A stretch of 63,952 nucleotides of DNA, counting the filler, from Phoronis australis (lineage: Eukaryota; Animalia; Phoronida), in assembly GCA_002633005.1 (NCBI GenBank). It is 9 parts of 9 records of this genome, joined end to end, with 100 filler letters (N's around TTAATTAATTAA, not from the genome) between each part and the next. Parts side by side here need not be neighbours in the genome. Positions count along the whole stretch, not along the records: positions 8,849 to 12,910 come from NMRA01002721.1; positions 13,011 to 18,108 come from NMRA01002430.1; positions 18,209 to 21,865 come from NMRA01002910.1; positions 21,966 to 33,715 come from NMRA01001678.1; 5 more parts are not named here. One strand, 5' to 3'. The notes below the pieces were generated by a model, which worked only from the letters and a program-made list of their open reading frames with translations, was not told the DNA's origin and did not search any database. Positions 12,121 to 25,262 of the stretch are shown here, in pieces. The stretch's first letter is position 1. The number at the start of each line of letters is the position of its first letter. A program made the position numbers and the translations under genes.

Positions 12121-14849
12121 TCTCGCTAAGAAGCATGGCTTCTCGAGATTATGTGAGATATTGCCGTGTATTTTAAATGAGAACACGTGACTTTGACTAG
12201 GATTTAGCAAGGTCCTAGCGTAGGTCCTAGCGTCTACTGAACGCACTCCAGCTTTGCGCCAAGACTACCCTTAGGCCTAACTGGTCGCTGGCCACAAACA
12301 CAAAAAACACGAAACTTGAACAAAGTTTCTTTTTTGTAGCAACGTTTGTCAAAATGTATCAACGTCTAAATCTTCACAAATTACAAAGTAGCCGATTGAA
12401 CATGCCTTTCAGTTCAACAAAAGTCGACATTGTAGGTGCCGCCAGAAATGAGACGAAGTCCAACGGGAATTGTGAGCACATTTATCTCTTAATGAGTAAC
12501 AACTGCGAGGCTGAAATTTGGTAAACACTGTTGAATCGTGCAGAATAGTAAGTAAAGATATATCTAACTAAATTTCACCGTAATTTGTTGGCGAAAAAAT
12601 TTACACAAAGTTTTAAACTCGTAACTTATCCCGCTGTCCTCCAATATGGCCGACGCGATCCAAACCAAGTGACCCAAATTTCGCCACAAAACTTGCAATA
12701 ACTTTACACTGCTTGATACTTTTTCGATTTGTACTGAGTAGAATGCACTAACTTTCGGATGATAGCGAGAAAAAAATCAAAACGAAAAAAAATTGGTTCG
12801 ACCCATATTGGTTCCTAAGTTCGACCGGCCTACATAAGGAACTAAACACCAATGCTATTTTAACATACTAAGTACACGTAACATTCCAAAAAAATCAACG
12901 ACCACTAACTNNNNNNNNNNNNNNNNNNNNNNNNNNNNNNNNNNNNNNNNNNNNTTAATTAATTAANNNNNNNNNNNNNNNNNNNNNNNNNNNNNNNNNN
13001 NNNNNNNNNNTGAAATTTAGACAACTGCAGAGGAAGTTATCTCAAAGTTCAATTTGGAATAATTAAATTGCTGTGTACTCTGATTTCAAAATAATCTTCT
13101 ATCTGCAGACCTTGGTCTGCCTTTGTCTAGACATCACAGATAACAGAACAAAACATTTTATCTATAAGGGTGGACGAAATGAAATTCATGGAAAAATTAA
13201 ATGCCAGCAAGGAATTTAATGCTAAATTAATAAACATGTTTATCACTTTCACAAAACTCTTTTAACTGAGATAAAAGTGATTGTTGCCTTGAATAGCATG
13301 TTGCAAGACTTGTTTAGAAATACTTTGGATATTTCAGTTTTCTCCACGGACTTTATTAATTAAACAAGTGTTCCTGTTACTTTACAACACAGCCTCAAGC
13401 ACACAACTGTTAACAATTAATGCCTTTGCATTGGCTGCACATGATTCACTTCAACAGTTGTACCCGGTCAACCGGCTGAGGCATCTGATTGGTCTGTATG
13501 TCGGAAGACCTCACCGTGAACCAATCAGACGCCTTTAATCGGAGTGCAGCTCAGTAAGCATAATTTGACAGTTGTGCAAAATCAATAGCAATTTATGATC
13601 CCAAGGTTCATGATAGAGTTATAAATTAACCACGCTTTTTCAAAAACTGAAACAAGAGAGTAGATAGGTCTGTATAAATTGACATCAACATATAAATACT
13701 ATATTTCTAAACACTTAAACTCATAGAACCTATCTTCTCTGTCTGAAAACTTATATAAAGAAGTGCTACATGACTAGATTCACTGTGACGGAAATGACGC
13801 CATTTTCCATATAATTATGTGATAATGGAGACATACTGGAAATCCATTATTACCACATCCGGATTTCCTGAGAATGATTGAATTCAGCAAGACTCATGGA
13901 GTTTGAATGTGGAAAATAAAATTACAATAATATAATCGACGGTTTTAATTAAGATGCTCAATTTGGTTGAAATATGTGATTTAAGATGTTTTAGGTTCCA
14001 GATGGTTAATGGTGACCCCTAAAAAGGTTACAGGGTCAGAAAATTGGAACCCATAATTTTTCAACAGTTTACACCCACATCAGCCAAAAACAAAAATAAA
14101 TGTGAGCACACAAATCTTACAGAGGCGTATTTTATGACATTCCATACCACATTAAGAACCAAATACACGTTTGAGATGCTTCATACACCACTCTAGTAAA
14201 AACCAAACTCACAGGGACTGAAAAAACAAGAGATGAAAAATCGCTCTCGCTGAATAATTCAACCATAAAAGCATTGAAGATAACTTTCTGGAAGCTAGAA
14301 TTATATTAGACAATCTACACACCATCCTGTGGACACCGCGGTACATTTTTCCGGACAGATAACCACTGATTTTTTGAGTAGACACTTGTGCCACCTATTA
14401 TCTGGAAAAATCAACTACCCTAGCATTCAAACATATGAAAACTTAGATCAGCAGTCTGGTGTCCTTACAATGAAAATGTCAGTTTCAACCATGCAGTCTG
14501 CACATGCATACTAAACTTCCATCTTGTAAGCAACAGTACTAGAGTGTCCTCTGGTGGCTCAACACAACAAACTTTGCCACCTAATGCTAAATCTGTATCT
14601 AGATTTCGTCTCTAACTTCAAGTGTGCCATTTGGACAAATTGCCATCAGAGGCAAGAATGAAATGTTAGGACCAGTTTAGAAACAATTGAGCGAGCCATT
14701 CATCATGACGACCAAACTGAGAATTCCAATGCACCAATGCGGCTAGATAATGTAAAAACAAATCCTGCCAATTTCCACAGAAAGTTTACTCTCAAGAAAT
14801 TCTCAGTCAAATAGTAACAAGCAGAGAACAAAAACCTCGTAAGATACAG

Positions 14850-15520
14850 ACATCAAGATTTTTATCTCAGGCTGCGGATACAAGATTTTTATGTGAGGCT
14901 GCACGTACAAAACTAATGTCTAAGGCTGTATAAACAAGATTTTTACTCTGAGGCTGTACATACAAGATTTTTATCTGAGGCTGTGCATACATGATTTTTA
15001 TCTCAGGCTGTACAGCATACAAGATTTTTTTCAGGCTGCGCAGTAGATTTTTATCAGAGACTGGGCATACAAGATTTTTATCTGAGGCTGTTCAAACACG
15101 ATTTTTACTCGGAAGCTGTACATACAAAATTTTTGTCTGAATCTGTGCATACAAGATTTTTATATGAGGCTATGCATACAAAAAATTTTTCTCAGAGGCT
15201 GTGCATACGAGATTTTCATCCGAGGCTGTGCATCCAAGATTTTTATCTGAGGCTACACAAACAAGAGTTTTATCTGAGGCTAAATTACAGGCTGTGCACA
15301 AAAGATTTGTATCTGAGACTGTGCATGCAAAATTCTTAACTGAGGTTGTGCATAAAATATTTTTATCTGAAGCTGTGTGTACCGATTTTGATTTGAGTGT
15401 ATGCATACAAGACTTTCATCTGAGGCTGTGGATACAAGATTTTTACACAAGGCCATGCATACAAGATTTTAATTTGAAGTTGTATATACGAGATTTTAAT
15501 CTGAGGTTGCACATACAAGT
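14850..15520. repeat. 27-bp minisatellite (consensus ~gctgtgcatacaagatttttatctgag)
   Basis: More than 20 diverged tandem units. Confidence 0.93.
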
Positions 15521-16179
15521 TAATTTTCAAAACTCTGTATTGTGTGCGTACCAGGTTTATGTACGTCAGTGGTACTGAATAGTCTCAGACACTGTGACAT
15601 GGGTGCCAAAATGACCAATGCATGACTGAAATTCACAAATTATGAAGAATGATATGCAATACATGCCAAATACAAGTACATGGAAAGTTATGGAATGTTT
15701 GTATTGGGCAGAAAATCCTGTCTAGAGAATTCCTTCACATGCTGCAGAGTGTGGAGACAGATAATTGCGAAAATATATCTAATCTCAACAATTACTGGCG
15801 ACTTGGCTTGAGAAAGCAATGTCATTAACAACCAGTCTTCAATAAGTAATACCACTGGCAATGAAGCGATATCAATTTTCTAAGCAAAGCCTGTAATCAT
15901 CCATATTGGTCATTCATCAGTGAATAGACATGACACCAGCAGTGACAAAAAGACCAGCATTGGGTGTCACAAGAAGGTATGTGCAACCTGGGAAATCAGA
16001 GGAGATTCACTCACGTCACCCTAGGAATGATAAGTGGGCTGGTGGAACAGACAGAATTCGTTACACACAAACAAGTGCGAGAATTGACACCTTTTGGAGG
16101 GAGAGAGAAACTATATGCCTGTGTGACCTCTGTCTGAGCAATTTCAGTATCTCATGCATGTGGGTCACGATAATAAGTA

Positions 16180-16453
16180 CCGTAAACTCGCGGGTCAACA
16201 CCCATGCCTGTGTAATCGCCCATCCCTGACTTTTGGTCAATTTTCGGTTTTAAGCGCCCACTGCTTGAGTAATCGCCCATCCCCTACTTTGTGCAAATTT
16301 CCCTAAGTGTCCACCTCTTGGCTAATCGCAAAACCCCGACTTTTGGTCAATTTTCGGTTTTAAGCGCACACTGCTTGGGTAATCGCCCACCCCGGCCCTA
16401 TGCCAAAGGTTTTCCCATTTAAGTGCCCAGGGTGTTAACCCGCGAGTTTACGG
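16180..16453. mobile_element. Tc1/mariner (Tc2-like) MITE with TA TSD and internal direct repeats
   Basis: ta|ccgtaaactcgcgggt...acccgcgagtttacgg|ta; internal repeated taatcgccca and gacttttggtcaattttcggttttaagcgc units. Confidence 0.8.
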
Positions 16454-17857
16454 TAAAATAACCTTCTACCACAACCCAACTCACGACCTGCTTTGCATTG
16501 CTAGTACAGTAAAAACTCACCATTTTTATGACACAATATGGCGGACTATATTAATTTTTTTCATCTAGGATGAGTATCATCAAAAATATTTTTAGTTATG
16601 CACCACAGCTCACCAGTAGACGATGTTATGAGAAATTGTAGGCATTCAAACTAATGCTACAAGCATTTCAAGTTGAACAATGACAACACTTGCAATTACT
16701 ATTTCATGATATTTTACCAAAATTCTGCATAAAAACCAACTACTGTACATTTCATTTTATGACTCACATGCCCGTTTCAAAATGTCTCTTAAAAATTGTG
16801 AAGTTTTACTTCACTGGACAACAAATGGGTTGTTCACTTAACTTCAACACCTAGACTGTAGCCAACCCCCCAAGGCTACCATCCATAACCCCTCGGTCTG
16901 TAGCAATAGTGTTATCAGTTGTAATTTTTAAACATTTCATAAGCTTTTAGGTAGCTGAGTGACTTTCCCATGGGACTTTATACAAATCTACTCTGGCTCA
17001 AGACTGGTGACTAAATCACAAAGTGGTCCCAAGATTAGTGACCTGATGCCAGGATATGAGTGAGCTATCCTTTTAACAGAATTATTTCCACTGGCAGGTA
17101 GGACTCAGTTGTCCGCCCTACCTATATGCTAAGTAGGTGAAGATTCATCAGATGACATCATATTAAAATAAAAACTGTTTCCTTGGTAGTGTTTTGTCAT
17201 TTTCGTAGAAAATAATGAAGTTCAATCAAATCCCCAGAGCCCCCAGGCCAGGGATCTGCAACAGGATAATAAGACTACAAGTCTTTACACTTAAGCAAGT
17301 TGTACGGCACTAAATAGGAAACATTCGACACAAGTCCTAAGTTTGCTACCCTCAGAGGCAATCCACTGCTGTTTAGCTGTCAAAGTTGAATTCTTAAAAG
17401 GATACTAAACCCTGTTTTGATGATTTCAACCAATCCTCGTTCTTTCACCTGCTTGTGCATCATTGGTGTAGGCAGGAATCAACTAAAAACTCATAGTCCC
17501 TCAGATTGGACACCATGGTCCTTCACGGGTAGGTGGTCTTTCCCACAGTTACTGGGTAACTCCCTAAAAACATAGGTCATGATGCTTGTTGTCCATTTAG
17601 CAGAATTCGAAAGAAGTTTTAAAATTTTTCTCCAAACTTCTGAGGGCTGTCAAGGGTTATACAGAGCATTATTTTGTTTCAGAGAACTGGAAGGGAAAGT
17701 CATTTTTAGTGTCGGTAATAGGCCAACCCGGTTTAGTATCCTTTTAACAGAAGAGCATTAGGATTTAAAAACATCGCCACACTTAAGTCTGATCCTTAAA
17801 TTGCTGTCAAATGAGCCGGTAACTCAAGTGGCAGACAATGGATACATTCGCCAATTC

Positions 17858-17988
17858 CATGGGCAGCGCAGCAATGAAAAAAGTGGGGGGCTATAGCCCC
17901 CTGTGGTGCACCGCCCATAAACCATTGGCGGCGCGGCACTGAAAAAATGGAGCTATAGCCCCGAGCCCCCTACGGTGCGCCGCCCATG
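17858..17988. mobile_element. Tandem dimer of a ~65-bp hAT-like MITE with 5-bp TSD
   Basis: Two catgggc(g/a)gcgc...cgcccat units (~17858-17919, ~17923-17988); aattc flanks the whole dimer on both sides. Confidence 0.75.
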
Positions 17989-18014
17989 AATTCACAGTTA
18001 AAGGGTTGGTCAAC

Positions 18015-18090
18015 CTAGAGCTTAAACTCTGAAACATTTTTCTTCAAGTTGATGATGTCTTTGATGTTCTTGTCAAGATCTGTCACCCCG
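18015..18090 (-). CDS. Candidate 3'-terminal coding exon of an unidentified gene (xGVTDLDKNIKDIINLKKNVSEFKL*)
   Basis: Acceptor ttccttacag, open frame to TAG, protein-like composition; lies at a contig edge, so upstream exons are absent. Confidence 0.4.
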
Positions 18091-18273
18091 CTGTAAGGAA
18101 TTTTATGANNNNNNNNNNNNNNNNNNNNNNNNNNNNNNNNNNNNNNNNNNNNTTAATTAATTAANNNNNNNNNNNNNNNNNNNNNNNNNNNNNNNNNNNN
18201 NNNNNNNNCATAATGTGCAAGCCTTTGTTTGTAATTCTGACCTGCTCACAAATCGGTAAAATGAGGGTGTCTA

Positions 18274-18431
18274 CAGTGGCGGATTTAGAGGGGGCCCAAG
18301 GGGGCCATGGCCCCCCCTAAAATTCTACCAGATTCCATTTGGCAGTTCGGAGGTGCGAATGTCTGATGGGCAAAATCCTGGCTAATACTCTGCCTTGGCC
18401 CCCCTAACTCAAAATCCTGAAATCGCCCCTG
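18274..18431. mobile_element. 158-bp hAT-like MITE with 5-bp TSD
   Basis: gtcta|cagtggcggattt...aaatcgcccctg|gtcta. Confidence 0.85.
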
Positions 18432-20139
18432 GTCTAGGACTCGTCTTTGTATATTTTGGATATTGCGATTCTGTTATTTGAAAAATGCGCGTAGCTTAGT
18501 TATTGATTTTAAGCGATACTGTGCAGGCACGAAATACTCGTTTTCACACGGACAAGCTAACTGATAGTAATTCGGTTGGTCAATTTGGGTGTCTGTAAGA
18601 TGTCGATTTTTTATCGTTGTTCATGAGATTTTCTTGCCACTCATAATTGTTATATTAAAAACAGTTTGGCTTTCTATTGCTGTGTTTACATGTAAACTTT
18701 GACTGACTGGGTGCATGATGATTCGTGTCAGTGGCTTGAATGTCTTCAAAAACTGGCAAGGCAGAAGTTTTGGCTAAACTTTTTTGCACATGTATGCTGA
18801 TCACTTCTGTGGTGACACCCTTTTGTGTTTAGATGGGTAGGTGACATATAAAGTGATGATAGAGATAACTTCCATGGTTTCAAGTTGTGCCATGTCAAAT
18901 TCATTTTACTCGTGTCATATAATTGTGCTGTGTCAGTTTGTGCCAAGTCTTAGTATATAAATAACACAAGTTGTAAAACATGTAGAAAATGTTGATACTA
19001 CTGTAGTCGGACATTTCTGTAGTCTGAAAATTCTTGAAATATTTCAACTTAGGAAAGACCTTTTCAAGTGACAGTGCTTGGAGACATGTCTGTTCCCTGT
19101 TTCTGAAATTATTGTGATTGCTTACACAATTGTGCGAGATGTCTGTTGTAGCAAGCGTGATGTTGTCTTCATCAGTGTCTCCCGTGTAGATTTCACGTTA
19201 TAGCTTTCATAGTTCACATAATCGCTTAGCATTTTTATAATGCCTGCTGTACGACCAGACTGTGTGTTTGATCATTGCTATGACGCAGCAGTTTCAGGTC
19301 AGATAAGAGATGACTCGTGTTTTGCTTTTGTTAATGAGCTTTTATTGAACTTGTTTGCCATTCCACCTTAGCGTGTCCCAGAGACAAACACTGCACGTAC
19401 TAGGAGGTTACTCCTGATGCTAAGTGATTCAAATATTTTGCTGGTTTTTCACAAATTAGTGCAGTTGTGTATTCTTAATTCTACAAGTTGCCCTTGTTAT
19501 TTGAGCTGCATCTACATTCTACATTTGTGACCATACTTTTAAAATTGTATCCTGTTCAGTTCTTCAGTGTTCAGTGCCCAAGTGTAACACAATTTCTTTG
19601 TCCAATAGGTACGCAAGTGTATGTGCAGTAATGAAGTGCCTTTAACTTGGGGGAGGGCTTTATAGGTGGAGGTTTTGTGTGTGAAGTCAGCATTCAGGGG
19701 TCCTTAAAACAACAAATGAAAGTACCCTAGGGTTGAATTTTGTGAAGTGTGAGGTTGATGCCAGTTTGTTGATTTCACAGTTCACAGCCTCTTACAGAGC
19801 AGTAACATCCAAGGGCTCAAAGTTTCCAGGTCAACCTCACGTTATGAAAAACTGACTGATTTATTAACAACCGTGTTACTTACATTTCTGTGTAAATTCT
19901 GTCGCTTGGTTTTCATGTAACCAAATTGAACATTCCTTTTTCTGGTAACAATTTGTTTGACGTATTCTTTGAAATTAACCATCAATTAATTGGTGTCTGA
20001 GCATTTCAGTTGTGTTGTACTTGCCATGTTCATTCAATAAATGACTTGCAACAGATTTTGATTTCATTAAACTTTTCAAGAAAAATAGCAATCTACTTAG
20101 AGATTCAAGCCAGGAATGCCGACATCAACTCTCTACTCC

Positions 20140-21310
20140 TTAGGGCCAGTGGCTTTAGTTGCAGCACTACTTTACTTCGCCTACTTAAAGACTGGCGTAA
20201 AGCCATAGATGAACAAAAATACACTGCAGCTGAACTCATGGATTTTTCTAAAGCTTTTGACTGCCTCCCACACTCCCTTCTGACCTCCAAACTTAAAGCT
20301 TACAAATTTGATGACAATGCCTTTGCCCTTGGGAATTATCTCTCCAACAGGAAACAACAAGTGAAACTAGGCCAACTCTCCAGTGAATGGGGCCAAGTAT
20401 ACAAGGGAGTACATCAAGGATCCATCCTGGGACCCCTTCTCTTCAATATATCTTTATCAATGACAGCTTCTTTGTGAAAAAATCTACACTGGTCAACTAC
20501 GCAGATGACAGCACCCTCTCCTTCTCTGACAACAACCCACTCTCCGTTACTGAAACCCTAAGACAAGGTAGCGAATCACTCACCAACTGGTTCGCTGTAA
20601 ATGGCTTGCAAGCAAATCCTGACAAATTCCAAGCAACGTGTAAAGGGAAAAAATGAACACATTTTGTAAAACCCTCTCCATTGAACATTGTGAAATACCT
20701 TGAGAACCGAAAGTTAATTAAACTTCTAGGAATAGCCATTGATTCCAATCTAACTTTTGACTCCCATATTTCGGACATTTGCAAAAGAGCCTCGTAGCAA
20801 ATAAACGTTCTGAGTAGAATTGGACACCACCTAACGTTAAACGGTAGACTTGCCATTTTTCACTCCTTCACCCTTTCAAATTTCAAATACTGCCCCCTCT
20901 CATGGCATTTTTGCTTGAAAGAAAATACGCTCAAACTAGAAAAACTTCAACTCAGAGCCCCGTGTTTTGTTTACTACGACGTTAGTCACGGTTCGCACGA
21001 ACAATTACATGTACTCTCACTAGCTAACAAACCACCCCTTCATCTACACAGACTTCGACTTATTGCAATAGAAGTATTTCAAATCCTTTATGGCGTATCA
21101 CTCAAGACACTTCTTTAAAGAAGCAAGAAAGGAATTACTCATTGCGCTACAGCAACCTTCTAGATATTCCCCAAGTTAAATCTGTCACTGAACTATCTAA
21201 AAAATTTTTTTCGCTCCGAGGCTGCTCTGGTCTGGAACAGTCTACCGAATATGTTGCGCACAACAGAGTCTCACTATTTTCCGTGGACTGATTAGGACCT
21301 GGACTAGCAA
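20140..21310 (+). pseudogene. Degenerate CR1/L2-type LINE reverse transcriptase fragment
   Basis: Motifs MDFSKAFD, YLSNRKQQV, GVHQGSILGPLLFNI, NYADDS and LHLHRLRLIAIEVF spread over frameshifted ORFs with stops. Confidence 0.92.
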
Positions 21311-23299
21311 GATGAACCAATTAATCTTGAGGACTGAATTAACATCTGAAAAAATGTTGAGCACTATTGAAAACTAAAATTACAGCATACGCCAATCAAA
21401 AGTAACTCATCATACAGTTTGTGAAATTTATTGAAGAAAATAATTGTACATCTTGCTGTTTATTTCATTGGTGATAACCAAAGGTTCTGAATGTTTCTTT
21501 TCTGGTTCCATGACTTTTCAAAGGTGAAATTATTCAAGAGGCAATTGACTCCGCAGTTTTCCAAGAAAGGTAGCGAATTTAGTAATTTATTGTCAGAAAT
21601 AGGCCCTAGAGAGAAATTATTTTTTCGGTTCATCTTGAGAGTCACATTATAAAGCTACTGCTCACTGAGTGCTAGCAGAGTTTGACGTCGCAGTGTGTGT
21701 CAAGCTTAACACAACATGTAAGTGATCTACGCATAGGTTTATAACTGTGATGTTCATTTATTTACATTGTGTTGGTGCTATTCAGTGTCGATGTGTTTCA
21801 TTCTTCCAGGCGTTATGATAGCTGGCACCGACTCGAGTATGTATTGGGACTTGACCAAAAATATANNNNNNNNNNNNNNNNNNNNNNNNNNNNNNNNNNN
21901 NNNNNNNNNTTAATTAATTAANNNNNNNNNNNNNNNNNNNNNNNNNNNNNNNNNNNNNNNNNNNNTCTACTTTCACCAACCACGATAATTCTTGTCTTGC
22001 CAATGCACTTTCCTCACGAACCAGTACACTCTATTATGATTCCGTCGTTACTAATGCGTCTCCTGTCTGACAGAAAGAGTGGCGGAACGTGAGAAACAGA
22101 AATACGCTCATGAAAAGCACATTAGCACAATCCCTGTCTTAATATCTATCCCTTCAACATTCAGTGTCTTCAGATCAAAAACTTCCAGTACCATTACGTC
22201 AAATGTACAATTGTCAGTTACTTTACCATGTCAGCTTTCATTTCAGAAAAAGATACAATGGATGTCTGGGCAAATGGGAAGAAATTAGATGCATTTGTAA
22301 GTACACAGTTCTTTGAACAACAACCTTTTTCACATAATAATAAAAGCTCATTTCCTCACTAGTTACTAAGATTCTAATCCCGGGCATTAACTTCACCACA
22401 AGTTTTGTTAAGTCACTGCTGTGCTTGTGTGAAGTGATGAGATGAGGAAGTGTCTTCATGCGACGCTGTCGTTAAATGCCGCATGTCATTTAGTGAAAAC
22501 TCTTCTGAGTAGGATACATAGTTGTGGAAAAGTCAACTTTATTTCGTCAATTTTTCTTTAAAAGTAACTTCAATCTAAAAATTAATAGTCTGTCATCACC
22601 ATCATTTGTACTAAATGTGTTATCATCTCCAAACAGCTTCCTTCTACGCCACTAGCAATTGAATATCAAGCATTTCTGAAACTGGAATTTAGTATCAAAA
22701 TAATCCAACACCGTTTATAGGGTCTTCTATCGCCTGTTACACTACCTGGTTTTTTATTCTTGCCTGTGAAAGGATTGACAATAACTTTTAGCGACTGCCA
22801 AATGTTTTTTCACCATTATTGGTGAAATTCAGTCAGTGATGAGTAGGTTAATTGGCGTGGTAGAACCACAGACTCAGACACTGAAACGCAGAGGTGTATG
22901 CTCATAGTTCTGAGGGCTGGGATTGTTCTCCAAACACCTTTGTAAGCACATATTCTCACTATGCTTTTAATGGCATCACAACAATGTCAACTTTCAAAAA
23001 CCGCCCTTCATAGCGCATTATCCATTGTAAGTGGCAACAACAAATTTTTTGGTAAGACATGATGGAGACATGGAGACGTGTTTTTTCACAGCTTCAAAGA
23101 AGAGTCTGCCGTGGACCTGGCATAGAGCAGGTCTAGAATGTGCTTTCTGGCCCAATCCAAACAAAAGTAACTGCACAAAATAATTTAGAAAATATCTCTC
23201 GAACTTGCATCCTAGGTAGGTTCTTAGGAGAAACAATAAGGTTTGTATGATACAGATTACTTTCATGAAAATGTGACTCAAGTGCTTTAACAGATAGTT

Positions 23300-23530
23300 T
23301 TTAAGAAGGAATTTGACAAGTCTCATTGGAACTTTGCTTAGAAGCATGTTGGAATTTTTACTATGTTGAAATTTGGATAACTACCATAAAACACAATATC
23401 TTCCGTTACCGGGTATGCAAAATGGACGTCTGTCACAACCTTCCTCCTGTTCAAAGTGCTTGCAGTCGACAAGGTTACCCTCTCTCTCCATATTATCTTT
23501 GTTTTATGCATAGAAATTTCAGAATTGCTT
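23300..23530 (+). pseudogene. Highly degraded L1/Tx1-type RT remnant
   Basis: RQGYPLSPY..FVLCIEI resembles the L1/Tx1 RQGCPLSPYLF motif; frameshifted. Confidence 0.55.
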
Positions 23531-24041
23531 ACCAGATAATTAGACGAGTGTCGAATGTGTAAGCTTGAATTTTACTTGCACATTTTAGGGTGAGTTTACT
23601 GATGATGGAACAGAGACACATTTTGAGTTGGGAAATCACGCTTGTTACATCAAAGCTATAACTACAGGCAAGAGGAAAGATGGTATTGTTCATAAACTTG
23701 TGGTTGATGGCAAGGAAATCATGGACTAAGCACACTTTATGGTTCTCTAGTTTGCACATGTGTTGAATGTGGTGTGATTATGAGCCATTCCCTTCACAAT
23801 TGTTTGTGGAGGTCTGTTAACATCAATATGATGTTATAACCAGTCAATGTAGCTATGTCCCATCCTTGTACTTAGTATTCACTGGCGCCTCCTGTTGTGC
23901 ACAATGTGTCATCAGTGTTATTGGAGACAATGTTTCACAGGCATTGTTGTTTTGGTATTCAAATGTGTCTATCAACTTTTGGGAAATATTACAATGGCCA
24001 GGCTGGTGTATAATTGTACCATGAGATGACTTGTCCATCTG

Positions 24042-24191
24042 GGCTGAGTTGCATAAAGCTTCAAAAGTTATCCACTGGATAAGTTTGATTGTTGCATGAC
24101 GTTAGGTGCATTGTTCAACAATAACAACATGCATGGTGATAATGCAATGTCCTTGTTGCTATATGGCGTATAACTTTTATGCAGCTGAGCC
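24042..24191. mobile_element. Harbinger/PIF-like MITE with CTG TSD
   Basis: ctg|ggctgagttgcataaa...tttatgcagctgagcc|ctg; 14/16 TIR match. Confidence 0.65.
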
Positions 24192-24864
24192 CTGGTGGCC
24201 AATTTTATCACTACTGCCCCAGATTAACTCGACCCAGAACAAGTAAGACTGCTAGTCTGAAACTGGTAGTGTGGTTTAAGTAGTCTTAAATCTGGAGCCT
24301 GTATAGTTTCTTAAATCTTCCAACAAAAGTGCCTTGTTTATACTATGAGCGTGTACATGTCAACTTCATAAGTCTTTCAACCTAACTATAAGTGCTAGAT
24401 AAACTATTTGAACTAGATTGTTTAGCTTAGGTAATTTCAGTGTAACCAAACCTCTCAAGAAAATTTCAGAAATCAATGTTCAGTTGTTAATATTAAAATG
24501 TTCTTTTCAAACAGTTCCTACATAGATTTTTTAAAGTTATAAATGACCTCCTTAACAGGACCAGGTGTAAAAGTTACAAGTTTGCAAACTGGGCTGTGCT
24601 CATCAAGCATCATTTACTAATTAAAATGGTCTGTGCTCATCAAGCATAGTTTACTAGATTTGTGGGAAGAAAATCTCAATTTTACACTTTTTCATGGATC
24701 AGTTACAAAGTGGCTATACAACCTGTACCCAAAAAAAATAAGTTATGAGAGGCGATTTTTAGGCTTCGATAGAACAATTCGTTCTTACTTTAGACCAGAA
24801 TCCACAAGTTGCCTTGTCACACCGAGTCATTTAGTGCACCCAGTATGATTTCAAACCCAGAATC

Positions 24865-25262
24865 CTGGGCCTGGAATCTAATCTTTGTACTCGAAAGGAA
24901 CTCGAAATTAGTTTGGGCAATTTCTCTGCTACATTTGTGCAAACTCAAGATAAGTGGTTATTAGACTGTGATAGAATACATTATAGTTTATGCAAAGGAG
25001 TTTCTAGTTCAACTTTCTACTTGGTGACCATTTGATGCTACTAATTCGAGTAAAAACTCGAAAATTCAAGTTCAAACTCGAACTTTTAGCCTTAATGTTG
25101 GGTTCATCAACTGCAAACTAGGACTAAACAGTTATCCTCATAAGTCATTCTCGAGCATAGAATAATAGACACTTATCTCGAGTTCGAACAAAAGTAGAGT
25201 AGAAAATGCCAAACATAATTTCGAGTTCCATTTTGAGTAAAAAGATTAGAATCCGGGCCCAG
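24865..25262. mobile_element. Harbinger-like foldback MITE with long imperfect TIRs
   Basis: ctgggcctggaatctaatcttt.tactcgaaaggaactcgaaatta... is inverted against ...taatttcgagttccattttgagtaaaaagattagaatccgggcccag. Confidence 0.7.

Noticed and set aside
15133-15578. Overlapping repetitive ORFs
   Set aside because: They arise from a 27-bp (multiple of 3) minisatellite; no splice or family evidence.
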